Part shown: piece after piece, positions 44,469 to 57,320 of the stretch | How the letters are laid out: each line of letters begins with the position of its first letter | Numbering within the stretch: position 1 is the first letter of the stretch | Assembly (NCBI GenBank): GCA_963710815.1 | Contig: CAVQCA010000157.1 | Location: 40,271-104,270, forward strand | DNA from: an uncultured Gammaproteobacteria bacterium | Lineage (GTDB): Bacteria; Pseudomonadota; Gammaproteobacteria; UBA9214 | DNA length: 64,000 nucleotides | Reading direction: 5' to 3' | The notes under the pieces: generated by a model | Seen by the model: the letters and a program-made list of their open reading frames with translations, nothing else | Database searches by the model: none | What the model was told of the DNA's origin: nothing | Made by a program: the position numbers and the translations under genes

Positions 44469-44969
44469 ATGGGACGTTACCGCCCGCCCGCACCGAAATC
44501 CTCCCCCTACATCACCCGGGACGGCCATCGCGCCTTGCAGGAGGAATTGAAGGACCTGTGGTTACGCCGTGCCGATGTGACCCGGGCGCTCACAGCCGCG
44601 GCAGCGGAAGGGGATCGCTCGGAGAACGCCGAATACATCTACCGCAAAAAGGAACTGCGCGAGATCGACCGGCGCCTGCGCTACCTGCAGAAACGCCTGC
44701 CGGAACTGAAGGTAGTGGCCAGTCCACCGACCCGGCCGGAGCTGATTTATTTCGGCGCCTGGGTCAGCCTGCAGGATGACGACGACCGGGAACAGGTCTA
44801 TCGCATCGTTGGCGCAGACGAATTCGACACCCGCCGGGGCTGGATCAGCATGGACTCCCCGCTGGCCCGGGCACTGATGAAAAAAACCGTCGATGACGAA
44901 GTCCTGGTCGAGACGCCCGGCGGTGCAAGGCGCTACCTTGTCGTCGGAGTCAGCTATGACACTTTCTGA
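44469..44969 (+). CDS. greB: transcription elongation factor GreB
   Basis: …[26 protein letters not shown]… and …[15 protein letters not shown]… match GreB rather than GreA; 166 aa. Confidence 0.85.
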   Translation: MGRYRPPAPKSSPYITRDGHRALQEELKDLWLRRADVTRALTAAAAEGDRSENAEYIYRKKELREIDRRLRYLQKRLPELKVVASPPTRPELIYFGAWVSLQDDDDREQVYRIVGADEFDTRRGWISMDSPLARALMKKTVDDEVLVETPGGARRYLVVGVSYDTF

Positions 44970-45140
44970 TGCGGGCGCCAGGAGCCTGTCGACTTGTGCC
45001 TCCATGCACACAGTGTTTCCATTCCAGAAAGCCATGACGAGGAATAACATCTCCCGGCCTGCTATTTCATTTCGGGCTGGACTTGTCTGGTCGGATCAAA
45101 CTGATACAGATAACCGGAGGCCCCGTTTGCCTTTATCGAG

Positions 45141-46628
45141 TCAAGCCTGCTTTCCAGCCTTGTCCAGGAAATAGAGCAGGAATCGTTCATCGTCCATTCC
45201 GGATTTATTCCACACATGAGAAAACACCAGCCAGACCCGATTGAACCCATCCACTTTCTCTACATCGGCAAGATAATCATCCCATGTCTTCCGCGAAGAA
45301 TTTCCCCGGATCACAGCCTCGGCGGGTATATCGTAACGTGCCTGATAGTACCTGAAAGCCATATCTGCCCCATAGTAGACATAAACCTTATCATCCGGTT
45401 CTCTTGATTTTCTAATATACTCCAGAACAGTCTTAATATCTTCTTTCACATAAGGCACGTTGTGGAGGCATTTGACAGTGCACCCATCACCGAACTAAAC
45501 AGCAGCATAACAATAACAACATACCATGCAGCACGGTATTCACTCCCTGTTATTTGCCACATGGCTTCGAGGCCAGCGGCGATAACGATAATCGTTCCCG
45601 GCACAAGGAAGTTTAACAAACGGGTACTAAACGGATATTCGTGAAAAGCGGATGCGACAAGCACAATAAGAACAGGCAGAACGAGCATGCCTGACCACAA
45701 CGGTTATTTCTCCAAATATAAATCAGCCGATAAGAAACAGGAGCGCAGCCACCCCAACTGCACTGAAACCAACAGGGTTGCCGAAGAAGTCAATAAAATG
45801 CGACCAGTACCAGCGAATGTCGGCAAATGATATTGGCGGGAAAGGTGCAAATGCGTCTTTCCAGTAAATATTTATCATCTTCGATAATGTCGCTGACCCC
45901 GCAGAAGAGCCTATACTGGATATTGCGTAGAGACCGAACGCGAAACTCCCGATCCAGAGAATCGATGACATTGCTATTCGAGCTACATCGAACCATTGCT
46001 TCTTCAGAAGAAACTGCGTTCCCGCACAAAGACCGATAGCGGCAAGAATAAATGCGGCCGGATGCGATAACCACACACCAAGAATGCCTGCCATGGTCAA
46101 CAATAACCAGCGCCGGATATTCCATTCCTCCAGGCTGTAGGCAGCTGCCAGATATAAAATCAGGGACACCATAATGTCCGAGGAGTATTGCTTGACTTCC
46201 GCGGCGTAATAAATCGCCCAGTGTGAGACAGAAAATATTGCCAACGCGATAATGGCTATCCGCGCCCCGAATAGCTTTAGTGCCAGCTTGTATACGCAAA
46301 AGACAGAGACTATTCCCGCGACCAGAGGGTAGAGTCGCAGGATATATTCATTACCCCCAAAACACCTGACAGCCAGGGTTTCAATAAGCAGAAACCCTAC
46401 GGGTGCCATTTGGTCATTCGCCAAAGGGTGAAATATGCTCCACACGGGAGTATGAACAAAATTCAGGGCCAGCTGACCCTCGTCAATCCACAATGAGCGA
46501 TTGCCGAGGTAATGCTTGATGCGGAAGAAAAGACCGATACCGATGAAAAACAGTACGCCGTAACGGTATCCAGTATTGCCAAACCAGCCCGAAGCCTTGC
46601 CAGCGGTCTTGCGCCCTGTATTTCTCAT
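45141..46628 (-). pseudogene. GT39/GT83-type (ArnT/PMT-like) polytopic glycosyltransferase split into three ORFs by two frameshifts; putative serotype-specific Gtr transferase
   Basis: Listed ORFs 45723..46649 (N-terminal 9-10 TM region), 45446..45700 (TM) and 45141..45458 (soluble C-terminal domain) are contiguous and co-oriented downstream of gtrB-gtrA. Confidence 0.6.
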
Positions 46629-46676
46629 ATCCATAACCTGCAGAGGCAACTCTGAAGGTTTGCTGGTTACGTAAGG

Positions 46677-47177
46677 TTATCCAGAGGAGTTGTAGTTTTT
46701 GCGTGTATGGCGAATCAGGAAATGACCTGCTCTTGTCTGAAGACGAAATACCTGGACGCATAAAAATTGAAAAACAGGGCGATGCCAAGACCCGATGGCA
46801 AGCGCCAGAACCGGATAAGTCACCATGACTGGAAACGTCTCCAGGCATATGCTGTATATCCCCAGATTAAGCAGGGCACCGATGCTTTGAACAGTAAGGT
46901 AACGGGCGTACTCGATTTTCTTGTTATTTCTTGCCTGGCTAGCGAATGTCCAGTGTCTGTTCAGATACCATGTAAGGGTTACGGCAACCGCAAATGAGCA
47001 AAGGCGCGCCCTGTACGGCCCCCAATTCAATCCGTTAACCAGTAGAGTCAGGACCGACGCATCGGCCATAAAGCCGATACCGCCGACAAATGTGAATGAA
47101 AAGAGGGGCTTATGAAGTTTTTTTGCCACAACAAATCCGGGAAAGCTGTCGTCACATATCCCGCAGGGGCATGGCAC
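46677..47177 (-). CDS. gtrA: GtrA-family polysaccharide-synthesis membrane protein (flippase-like)
   Basis: Small 4-TM protein (…FSFTFVGGIGFMAD…NRHWTF…) of the GtrA family, immediately downstream of gtrB. Confidence 0.65.
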   Translation of the reverse strand: MPCPCGICDDSFPGFVVAKKLHKPLFSFTFVGGIGFMADASVLTLLVNGLNWGPYRARLCSFAVAVTLTWYLNRHWTFASQARNNKKIEYARYLTVQSIGALLNLGIYSICLETFPVMVTYPVLALAIGSWHRPVFQFLCVQVFRLQTRAGHFLIRHTRKNYNSSG

Positions 47178-47193
47178 CGCCGTCGGCTCTTCT

Positions 47194-48195
47194 TCAAGCT
47201 ATCCGGTTATCTCCCCATCCGAAAGTATCCTTGAAAGCCAAGAAACGTGACGGCCCGGGTATACTCAAGTAGTGCAGGCGCTTTATTTCACGCCTGCCCC
47301 TGGTGACGGTGTCCAGAATCAATCCGCTTACCAGGCTCAGAAAGGCAAGGATCATTAAACCGGTCGAGAGAATTGCCGTCGGAAACCTGGGAACCAGGCC
47401 GGTTCACAGATAGGTGATCATCAATGGCCAGGCCAGAATTATTGCCACGCCAGCGAATAGTGCAAATATAGCCGCAAAAAATTGTGAGGGCCTGTCCGCC
47501 TTAACCAGCACCAGAATGGTCCCAAGTATTCGCAAGCCATGCCGGAATGTTTTCAGCTTGCTTGTTGAATTGGGTGGTCTTTCCCTGTAGGGAGTCTGCA
47601 TTTCCAGAATCGGCATTCCCAATTCCAGAGCATGGATAGTCAATTCGGTTTCGATTTCAAAGCCATTGGTCAAGACGGGAAACGACTTGACAAACCGCCG
47701 TGAAAAAACCCGATAACCAGACAACATATCACGCAAGCGGTTACCAAAAACCAGACCGGCAATTCTGGTTAAAACCACATTACCAAGCCGGTGGCCAGGG
47801 CGGTATGCGCCCTCGGCGTCAGTGATTCTCGCACCATTCACCATATCCAGAGATTTTGACAACAAGTGACCAATAAAAATCGGGGCGCTTGCCGCATCAT
47901 AGGTGTCGTCTCCGTCAACCAGCACATAAACGTCCGCCTCGATGTCGGCAAACATGCGTCGTATGACGTTTCCCTTGCCCTGCAGTTCCTCAACAAGAAC
48001 TATTGCACCAGCGGTTTGCGCCATCTGAGCCGTACGATCAGTGGAATTATTATCGCAAACATAAATAATTGCTGTGGGTAATGTCTTACGAAAATCGTTA
48101 ACCACTTTTGCGATACTGGATTCCTCGTTATAACAAGGAATCAATACTGCAGTCTTGATCGCACTTAATTCGCGCAGATGATCATACGAGTTCAT
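47194..48195 (-). CDS. gtrB: bactoprenol glucosyltransferase GtrB (GT2, Dpm1-like); frameshift near 47400
   Basis: N-terminal GT2 core (…VLIPCYNEE…DNNSTDRT…VDGDD…). The listed ORF ends …MITYL* at 47404, but the adjacent frame continues with the canonical GtrB C-terminal TM (…TGLVPRFPTAILSTGLMILAFLSLVSGLILDTVTRGRREIKRLHYL…) to the stop at 47194. Confidence 0.7.
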
Positions 48196-48399
48196 AACGT
48201 AATCACCAGAAATTCAAGAAATGCATGGAGATATTAGGAAAACATTAACCGATCACCCGACCCTACACATACCCAGTCAACCCGGACCTGTCTTCTTCCC
48301 TACCTGGCATAATTTTCCGGCCATCATGGTTCCAGAGGCTGATTTTATTGTTAGCCATACTGAGGCAGCAAGGCCAGTCTTATATCCAATTATCTGCAG

Positions 48400-48523
<124 letters not shown>

Positions 48524-48928
48524 CCTGCGGTTCGCCCCCGGGTGATAGTATCCTGTGTCGGCGGGGAGCATAGAGCCGAATAGATCGTCAGGCGGTGCAC
48601 GGGGTTTGGGCATCAGGGCAACCAGCCGGGCGATGACCTGCGCTTCTACCTGGAACATACCGGCTGGATGCCCCCCTGGCTGGCATTGTTTAGCCGGGCC
48701 GGCACGTTGTTTGGCCTGTCTCACCCTTTCACACAGCGTATCGGCCGTACAGACAAGTTTCCCGGCGATCGATGCCATCTCCACCTATTGCGAATCGTGT
48801 TCCCCCTGGTGCTTGAATATTAGCCACACGTTCCGTTCCCGGAACTCCGGGGAGTGTTTCGTTGTCTCTCCCTCATAAACCCGTCCTCTCAAGAAATGGG
48901 GTCTCCGGAAAGCCCGGAGCAAATCACT

Positions 48929-49892
<964 letters not shown>

Positions 49893-49897
49893 TAGTG

Positions 49898-49955
<58 letters not shown>

Positions 49956-50147
49956 TTACCAGTTCTCTTTAGACATGAAGAGTGCAGGCATCACACTGTC
50001 TAACAGACAAGCATAATCCAAGGCCATCATTGTCTTATAAGGAAACGTGAACCCACAGCTATTGCCGATTGGCCTGGTCACGTTTCACCTGCTGTCCTCT
50101 TTCTCCTAAAAGCCTCTCGGTTGCCTCATCAATGATCTGATCCGTGC

Positions 50148-50935
50148 TCAGGAGCGGCTCCACTGTGGAGGCAAGCCTAGAAACTCCCGGCATAGTTTTC
50201 TTGGCCTCAGCACCTTACGTGCCATCCCTTTCAATCCATGAAACATCCAGGGGCCAATACTTGGCAGTTCATGGGGCTTGTACTCCATCCCCAACGACTC
50301 ACACCAGTCCATCCACTTGAATGAATTCAACGAGTGAAATATCTTCACCGGTATCCAGCGGACACGAAGTGCATCGGCAACGATGGCCCCGTGCATAGCC
50401 TCTGTTATCAGCACTTCCGTGCGCATTACTTGATCCAATATGTCTTCGACATCACCGGACGGATCAATATGATGGATACCCGCCGACTCACAGGGTCTGT
50501 CCCAATCGATCAACTCTGCGCTCTGGTGATAGGAAAAGAAAGAGACTGGATAGTTTTTTTCCTTCCTGGGGATATCAGCCGCCCTGACGAGGATGCCCGA
50601 ATCCGTTATCGCATGCCGGCGGTCTAAGCCAAGCGCGTCTGCGCTGCGTGGTCCCCTTACGGCATAAATCGACCACTTTTCGTCAACCTTAGGTACATCA
50701 CCGTAAGCGACACCCGAACCCAGAACGATTTTCCTCGGCTGCTCCGGGATATGATGATTCAGCAGTGAACCAACACCCACGAATAGCGTCTCGGATTCAT
50801 TTGACATGAAGACTTACAGAACGCCAGGTAGGGATTATCGGTATCTATGAAAGAGCCTATCAGTTTAGGCCATAACCATATATTCAGATCATCGCCAAAA
50901 TTACCCCGCGGATTCTGATAATAGTATAATCGCAT
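50148..50935 (-). pseudogene. polysaccharide pyruvyl transferase (WcaK/ExoV family); frameshift near 50810
   Basis: N-terminus MRLYYYQNPRGNFGDDLNIWLWPKLIGSFIDTDNPY… (the canonical ExoV/WcaK start) is in one frame. The body …ETLFVGVGSLLNHHIPEQPRKIVLGSGVAYGD…WSIYAVRGPRSADALG… is in listed ORF 50148..50807. Confidence 0.65.
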
Positions 50936-51074
50936 ATTTCATATCGTACCGGGACAACAGTAGCGATGCCGTAAACCGGGTGATTCCAGGCTTCCCGAGA
51001 ATTCACGCAATGCCTTGATCAGCAAGCCATGCCACGATGGGAACTTGCAAGCCGCAACGAAAAATCAAACGTTA

Positions 51075-51527
51075 TTACTTTGCTTTTCTCCCTTCAACCG
51101 GCTTCCCGATCATCCATTTGCCACCTTGCTTTCCCGAACGTGAAGACGGGGGAGAAACTTCGAGTTCAATCCTGGCATTACGCCCGTCCGTCCAGTCGAT
51201 GGATACATTAGCATTGTAATTACCATCGGCTTTCTTTGTAATATCGTTCAGTACAAAACTGGCGCCCGAATAGTAGTTTCTCAGAAACTCTCCGGTGTCT
51301 CCTTGTTTCGATCAAACAGAGTACGATACTCATCATATGATTTCCCATTGAGGTACTGTTTGATCACTGCAACATTTCCCTCCTTCATGGCCTGGAACAA
51401 CGGTAAAAACGAGGTGTCGCGTACCACCCTGAACGTCTCCGGGTCATTGTCTCTCAGCCCTGGGAATGAGCGAAAGTCAAAGGGAGCAGTAGACCAAGCA
51501 GGGTAAGAAAAGACATTCGCCGCATAG
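51075..51527 (-). pseudogene. small exported hypothetical protein (signal peptide MRRMSFLTLLGLLLPLTFAHS) with two or more frameshifts
   Basis: Manual translation of three frames: signal peptide, then …GLRDNDPETFRVVRDTSFLPLFQAMKEGNVAVIKQYLNGKSYDEYRTLFDRNKETPE…, then …FLRNYYSGASFVLNDITKKADGNYNANVSIDWTDGRNARIELEVS…GKWMIGKPVEGRKAK*. Confidence 0.45.
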
Positions 51528-51535
51528 GTTATACC

Positions 51536-52339
51536 TCATTGCGTTAGGGCATTGAACGACTGATTGGCCAAGCCCTGATAGCCCAGGCCGTTGGGATGGA
51601 TATTGTCGTAATATTCCGTGGTATAGGTTGCCTTAAAGTAGTTGTAGAGATCCGGGCGGGATAACAGAAATATTGTTTCCCGCGATAGCACGCAACTCAT
51701 CAATTACGACATTATATTCCTGTATCAACAGACTCCGCGCACCATTGTCCGGATCAGGATAAGGTGTTGTATTAGTGCTGTCACCAAGCGCAATATTTAT
51801 TTTGGAAAGGATGACTTCATGACCCTTGCTGTTTATTGCGCTGATGATCTGCTGCATATTGTCCTTGAACGAACCTGCATATCCGGGGTCCCCTTTACTC
51901 AGCCCTTCACCACTCGGAACGGGTAGCCATGGCCTGGCATCATTCATGCCGTAGAGCACCAGATACCTTTTGGCTGCAGCGTACCTGTCCAACATCAACT
52001 GGCGGAAATAATCTGGCCAATCCACCGGCGGAGGTCTCACCTTGGTGGCCTTCATTCTTGACCGTATGGGGTATGCCAGTAAAGTTTGTCAGCAGATTGT
52101 TAAGAATCGGTTCATACCCACCAACGTACGGGATGGGATCACTAAAGTCCGGCGGGGGAGGACCATTGCGGCTATCGGCCGAGACATTGTCGCTGCTGAT
52201 ATCATCGCCATAACCCCAGGTAATGCTGTCACCCATCGCGACATAATATTGAATATTGGCTCACAAATGCCGCCGCAGAAGGCGGGAACAGGCTGACCGC
52301 CAACAGGAGCAGCAATACACCCCTATCGATGTTCATGGA
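51536..52339 (-). pseudogene. SGNH/GDSL-family hydrolase with signal peptide; three or more frameshifts
   Basis: MKFLASMNIDRGVLLLLLAVSLFPP… signal peptide. Block I GDSITWGYGDD is in ORF 51940..52236, the middle is in ORF 51633..52055, and block V …YDNIHPNGLGYQGLA… is in a third frame ending at 51536. Confidence 0.6.
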
Positions 52340-52934
52340 AGCAAGAAATTTCATCTGAAATACCCGAATCTTTTAGATAACAGCGCCTTAACCAAATGAT
52401 CCAAACTCGTTTCTGAGAGATATGCTAATGATAATAGATTAAAATGATATCCAATCAAAGAATATAGTCCCTTGGTACGAATCGGTTTATGGAGAAGCGG
52501 TTGAGTAGAGGACGATCATCATCCTCGCAGGCACTTTGGAGGTGCGAATCAGACCCCACCGGGTATCCGGAAGATACCCCAAGGTTATTATTAGTTTGAC
52601 CAGAAAGTCGGTGGGATTGCAAGGACTTTATGTATTGACAGTTATGAAAGCGGGCGGTGAATCAGATGCAAAAACGGCGCCGGATAAGCGGTATCGCTTC
52701 GTTCTTTGTAGCAGCTGTGGACCCCACAGTCCGTCGCCATGATAGCCACGCTGCCCGCCGGCTTCGTCGTCTGTTGCTGTTGGGTCCACGTGCATCTGGT
52801 CTACACCCAATGCCAGGAAATCCGTGATCACTGTATCGTCGCGGATTCTACCAGCAGACAGGCAAGACCCGCTGGAGATATGAGATCTCTCGTTTACATT
52901 TTCCCATTCATTAATCCTGAATAAAGGGTAGACA

Positions 52935-53913
52935 ATGCGACCTGTGTATTTCCTGTTTCCAAGAATGCGAATCAATAGCGGCGGGCACATTGCCCAGATA
53001 AAGTTTTTTAATCTGGCAAAATCAATCTGCCAGGCTTATGCAGCCACATACAAGGAAAAGGACCAGGACGATATTTTTCTGGATGATGTCCTTAAACAGG
53101 ATGTCGATGATGAAGCGATATATGTCGTTCATTGGGGCCCCGATGTTCAACATCTTCTGCAAATACTTTCTAATAAACATGTTGTTTATTTTGCTCATAG
53201 CAGTGGCTGGAACATCCGTATACCTTCTGAAATACCAATAGTTGCAGTAAGCAAACACACACAAGCCTTTTGGGGCAAACACGCACCTAATTCATTGATT
53301 TACTATCTGCCCAATATACTTTCTGAAAACTATACCCAGCTACAGCAACACCGCTCAATTGACGTTCTTGTGCAGAAAAGGAAATCTTCCAGATATTTAC
53401 TTGAAGAACTTGTTCCCGCCTTGAAACAAAGCTGCAATGTTGAGGTGCTAGATTCATGGGTCGATGATTTGGCAGAGGTTTTTAACAGAACTAAAGTGTA
53501 TCTATACGATTCTACCGATCACTGGCACCAGATTGGTGCGATTGAATGACTTTCGCTTGCCTCCGCTGGAAGCTATGGCATGCGGGTGCACCGTGATTAA
53601 CCATTGTAAACGATGCCGAGAGTGATTACCTGGATCGTGGATTGAATTGTTGACAAGTTACTCAGTGCAAACAAGGCAATACGACATTGACCGGATTGCA
53701 GAAGCCGTCAAACTGTACAATAGTAATCATCGTCTCAACCAATATGCCGAACTGATCGCGCAGTACAGAGAGCCCTGCATCAAGATGCGATTCACAAGGA
53801 TATTAGGTAACATTAACGAATTCTTTGATTGCACAAAAGGTTCAGAAGCCGATATTCCTGTCCTGGAAACACCTTCAAATTATTCTCAACTAGAGCAAGC
53901 ATCAACAACATAA
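52935..53913 (+). pseudogene. GT4-family glycosyltransferase; three or more frameshifts
   Basis: N-terminal domain is in ORF 52935..53549. The GT4 E-x7-E region …FRLPPLEAMACGCTVI… is in a second frame, and the C-terminus (…DRIAEAVKLYNSNHRLNQYAELIAQY…) is in ORF 53647..53913. Confidence 0.6.
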
Positions 53914-54161
53914 TCCCTTCATCTCTTAAGAGTAGCCGAAAAGTTCACCTTGAATCAAAGGTTTTGGTGTCGTAGCCAGAAATTGCTGAAAATGCACCAT
54001 TAAGGTTGTATCGACAAATCCGACATCCAGGGGATTCTGAAGAACGGATTATCTAGCATCAGGACGCTGAAAGCAAACGGGGAATTAACGTACGATACAC
54101 CACTCACGCCGGTATTGGCATTATAATACTCTCCTCGATTAACGACTTATCGGTAACCACC

Positions 54162-54461
54162 ATGACAAAGACTGAATGCTTTAACGCGACGCACCGCCTG
54201 CGCACGCTTGGAATCGCCGGCCTCCTCCTCGTCGTGCTCGGCGGCGGCACGGGCACTGCCCTGGCCGAGACCAAGGGCGACACCAAACTCGATGATACCG
54301 CGAAAGAAGTCGGCAACAATTTCGGCGAATTGCTTGAGGGCATGGGTCAGGAACTGAAGAAAGTCATCGGCTCGGACAACGGGGCGGACAGCAAAAAGGT
54401 TGACAAGGAAAAAAAGGAAGAAGCGGACGATAAATCCGGCAAACCCCCGGAAAAACAATAA
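54162..54461 (+). CDS. small secreted low-complexity Lys/Asp/Glu-rich protein (99 aa)
   Basis: Clear signal peptide (…LGIAGLLLVVLGGGTGTALAETKG) and a TATAAT-like -10 box upstream; co-oriented with the DUF2238 gene. Confidence 0.5.
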   Translation: MTKTECFNATHRLRTLGIAGLLLVVLGGGTGTALAETKGDTKLDDTAKEVGNNFGELLEGMGQELKKVIGSDNGADSKKVDKEKKEEADDKSGKPPEKQ

Positions 54462-54542
54462 GCAGCGTCCCCGCTCGGGCGGGGTTCGGGAACCCGATGG
54501 TACTGCACAGGCTGGATCCCCTCCTCTGACCCGGAGTAATGC

Positions 54543-55178
54543 GTGAACGCCATGCCATTTCGCACCAACCGCCCCTTGCAGGGCATGCTGATCTGGCTGG
54601 TGCTGATATGGGTGGTCACCGCAATCGAGCCCTTCGACCGCCGAGACTGGCTGCTGGAGAATCTGCTGGTCTTTCTCTACGGCTTCCTGTTGCTGGTTAC
54701 CTACCGGCGCTTCGCCTTCTCCAACCTCTCCTACGGGTTGTTCACCGTGTTCCTCAGCCTGCATCTGATCGGCGCCCATTACACCTACGCCGAAACGCCG
54801 CTCGGCTACTGGCTCCAGGAACTGTTTGACCTGCAGCGCAATCACTATGACCGCCTCGTGCACTTCTCCTTCGGCCTGCTGATTGCCTACCCGTTTCGCG
54901 AATTGCTACTGCGCGCGGCGGGCGTGCGCAAATCATGGTCATACCTGCTCGCCGTGACGCTGGTGCTGGCGTTCAGCGGCATCTATGAAATCATCGAGGC
55001 CATCGTCGCCGAAATCGTGAGTCCCGAACTCGGCTCCGCCTATCTCGGCACCCAGGGTGATGAATGGGACGCCCAGAAGGACGCCTTCGAGGCTTTTGTC
55101 GGCGCCGTCGTCGCCATGACCATCACCTGGATGTCGCTGCGCTCGCCCCGGTCACCGGACACAGGCGACAGCGGGTAA
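54543..55178 (+). CDS. DUF2238 (YjdF-like) inner-membrane protein
   Basis: About 200-aa polytopic protein (…LIGAHYTYAETPLGYWLQELF…NHYDRLVHFSFGLLIAYP…) resembling the YjdF family, recalled from memory. Confidence 0.5.
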   Translation: MNAMPFRTNRPLQGMLIWLVLIWVVTAIEPFDRRDWLLENLLVFLYGFLLLVTYRRFAFSNLSYGLFTVFLSLHLIGAHYTYAETPLGYWLQELFDLQRNHYDRLVHFSFGLLIAYPFRELLLRAAGVRKSWSYLLAVTLVLAFSGIYEIIEAIVAEIVSPELGSAYLGTQGDEWDAQKDAFEAFVGAVVAMTITWMSLRSPRSPDTGDSG

Positions 55179-55499
55179 ACGCTTGCTCCGACAGCGCCCA
55201 CCACCAGGATCTGGCGCCCCCCTCTCGCGGATGCTATCGTGAAATAGCCTCTGGAATGAACGGGGCCTGGTTAAACCTGATCACATCACTATGGCCACGG
55301 AACCACACGGAAAAGCGGAGTACGAGCTCTTTTTTCGATGTCTTCCGTGCACTTCCGTGGCGATTTATCGCGTCTGGGCCTTAACCACGTACCCTTCATC
55401 CCGGACCGGCAATACCGAATCGATCGCCATGCCAGACCCAGTTACACTTCGCCATGAACGGTCATACTCACCGCTACGACAGGCGGCTCTTCACCTGTC

Positions 55500-57320
55500 A
55501 TGAACGAATTCAGCACCAACGAGCCGCCGTCGACCAGTGGCGCCGGACACGGCCTTATCGCGAGGATCATCGCCCGGCTGGCGCAGCGCTACCGGGATAC
55601 TCCGCCGCCGCTGGATACGAACGAGTTGAGCCGGCGGCTGGCGGCGTTGGAGCTGACCGAAGCGGCGCTGCGCGATATCGCCGCCCTGGACGGGCCGGCG
55701 CCGCGCCCCCTGCAGGTGGCCGTGGTGGGGCCGACCCAGGTCGGCAAGAGCACCGTCGTCAACCTGCTGCTCGGCCAGGGTGTGGCCGAGGTCAGCCCGC
55801 TGGCCGGCTTCACCATTCACCCGCAGGGATTCGCGCTGCCGTCGCGGGAGGCGAATCCGGACTGGATCAAACCCTTCTTCCCAGGTTGGGAACGGCTCGA
55901 GAACACAGCCCCCAGCCGCGACCGCCTCGATTGCTACGCCTTGCATCACCTCACCGGCGACGCGCACGGGCTGCCTTCCGGCACCGTGGTCTGGGACACG
56001 CCCGACTTCGATTCCTTCAAGGCCCATACCTACCAGCGCGGCGTGCTTGAAGTCGCCGCGCTGGCCGACGTCATCGTGCTGGTGGTAAGCAAGGAAAAAT
56101 ATGCGGATCTCTCGGTATGGAAAACCCTGCAATTGCTGGAGCCCCTGCAGCGCGCCCTGCTGGTGTGTCTGAACAAGACCGGGGACAACACCCGGGACGT
56201 GCTGGTACAGGCCTTGCGGACACGCCTCGCCGAGCTGACACCCCTGGCGGAGAACATCGAAGTCATTGCCATGCCCTACTGGCCGGGGATCGATGCACCC
56301 GTGAGTGCTCCTCCTGGTGAGGTGGCCGATCTGCGCGCGGCGCTCGGGCGCGCGCAGACCGGCACCGACCGCAGCCTGCGCGCCGCCGGAGTGCGCAGAC
56401 TGCTGCAACAGCACTGGGGCGCCTGGATGGAGCCGGTACGCGTCGAGCTCGAAGCCGCCGCGATCTGGGAGCAGTCCATCGAGGCAGCCATCAAACAGGC
56501 GCTGGCAGCCTACCGGGACGAATTTCTGGACCATCCGAAACGCTTCGACACCTTCCGCCTGGCCATTCTGGAACTCCTGCAGCTGCTGGAATTACCCGGT
56601 CTGGCGCGATCGCTGACACGTGTGCGCCAGGTGCTCACCTGGCCGGCACGCCAGCTCTTTGATTCCCGACGCATGAAATCCCTCACCGGCCGCCTGCGCG
56701 GCAAGGCGGTGCATGACCTGCCCGGCGAGGAGCTTGTCCTGCGTGACCTGCTGGAGCAGCTGCTCACCACGCTCTCGCGTGACGCCCTGCGCCGCGGCAC
56801 GCCGCAAACCCCGGGAGCAGCCTTCTGGCAGGCGCTCGGCCAGCGCCTCGTCGAGCGCCAGACGGAACTTACCGAACAGTTCGCCGCGGCCATCCACCGC
56901 CACCACCTCGACTTCCAGCCGGAGATCGAGGCCGCGGCTCACGACCTGTACGCCAACCTTCAGCAGAAACCCGCCCTGCTCAACACCCTGCGGGCGGCGC
57001 GCGTCACCACCGACGCCGCGGGTGTCGCCCTGGCCCTCAAGACCGGGGGCGTGGGACTCAACGACCTGCTGTTCGCACCGGCGATGGTGTCGCTGACCTC
57101 CATGCTGACCGAGGGTGCACTGGGATCCTACATGACGCACGTCGCCGGGCGGTTGAAGCAGCGACAGTACGCAGCCGTGGAAAAGAGGGTATTCACCGGT
57201 GCGGTCAAAGCGGCATTGCTGGGTCTAACCGAAACCCTCGATGCCCCCGGTCTCTTCGGAATCACGCGAACGGAGTACGAGGCAGCGGAACAGGCACTGA
57301 GGGCGTGGCGGCATGACTGA
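55500..57320 (+). CDS. large P-loop GTPase (dynamin-like / MMR_HSR1-like) with non-canonical switch II DTPDFDS; paralog of the downstream gene
   Basis: G1 GPTQVGKST, G2-like TIHP, DxPDxDS in place of DxxG, G4-like LNKTGD, and a roughly 400-aa helical C-terminal region. It overlaps the next gene by 8 nt (ATGACTGA). Confidence 0.7.
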   Translation: MNEFSTNEPPSTSGAGHGLIARIIARLAQRYRDTPPPLDTNELSRRLAALELTEAALRDIAALDGPAPRPLQVAVVGPTQVGKSTVVNLLLGQGVAEVSPLAGFTIHPQGFALPSREANPDWIKPFFPGWERLENTAPSRDRLDCYALHHLTGDAHGLPSGTVVWDTPDFDSFKAHTYQRGVLEVAALADVIVLVVSKEKYADLSVWKTLQLLEPLQRALLVCLNKTGDNTRDVLVQALRTRLAELTPLAENIEVIAMPYWPGIDAPVSAPPGEVADLRAALGRAQTGTDRSLRAAGVRRLLQQHWGAWMEPVRVELEAAAIWEQSIEAAIKQALAAYRDEFLDHPKRFDTFRLAILELLQLLELPGLARSLTRVRQVLTWPARQLFDSRRMKSLTGRLRGKAVHDLPGEELVLRDLLEQLLTTLSRDALRRGTPQTPGAAFWQALGQRLVERQTELTEQFAAAIHRHHLDFQPEIEAAAHDLYANLQQKPALLNTLRAARVTTDAAGVALALKTGGVGLNDLLFAPAMVSLTSMLTEGALGSYMTHVAGRLKQRQYAAVEKRVFTGAVKAALLGLTETLDAPGLFGITRTEYEAAEQALRAWRHD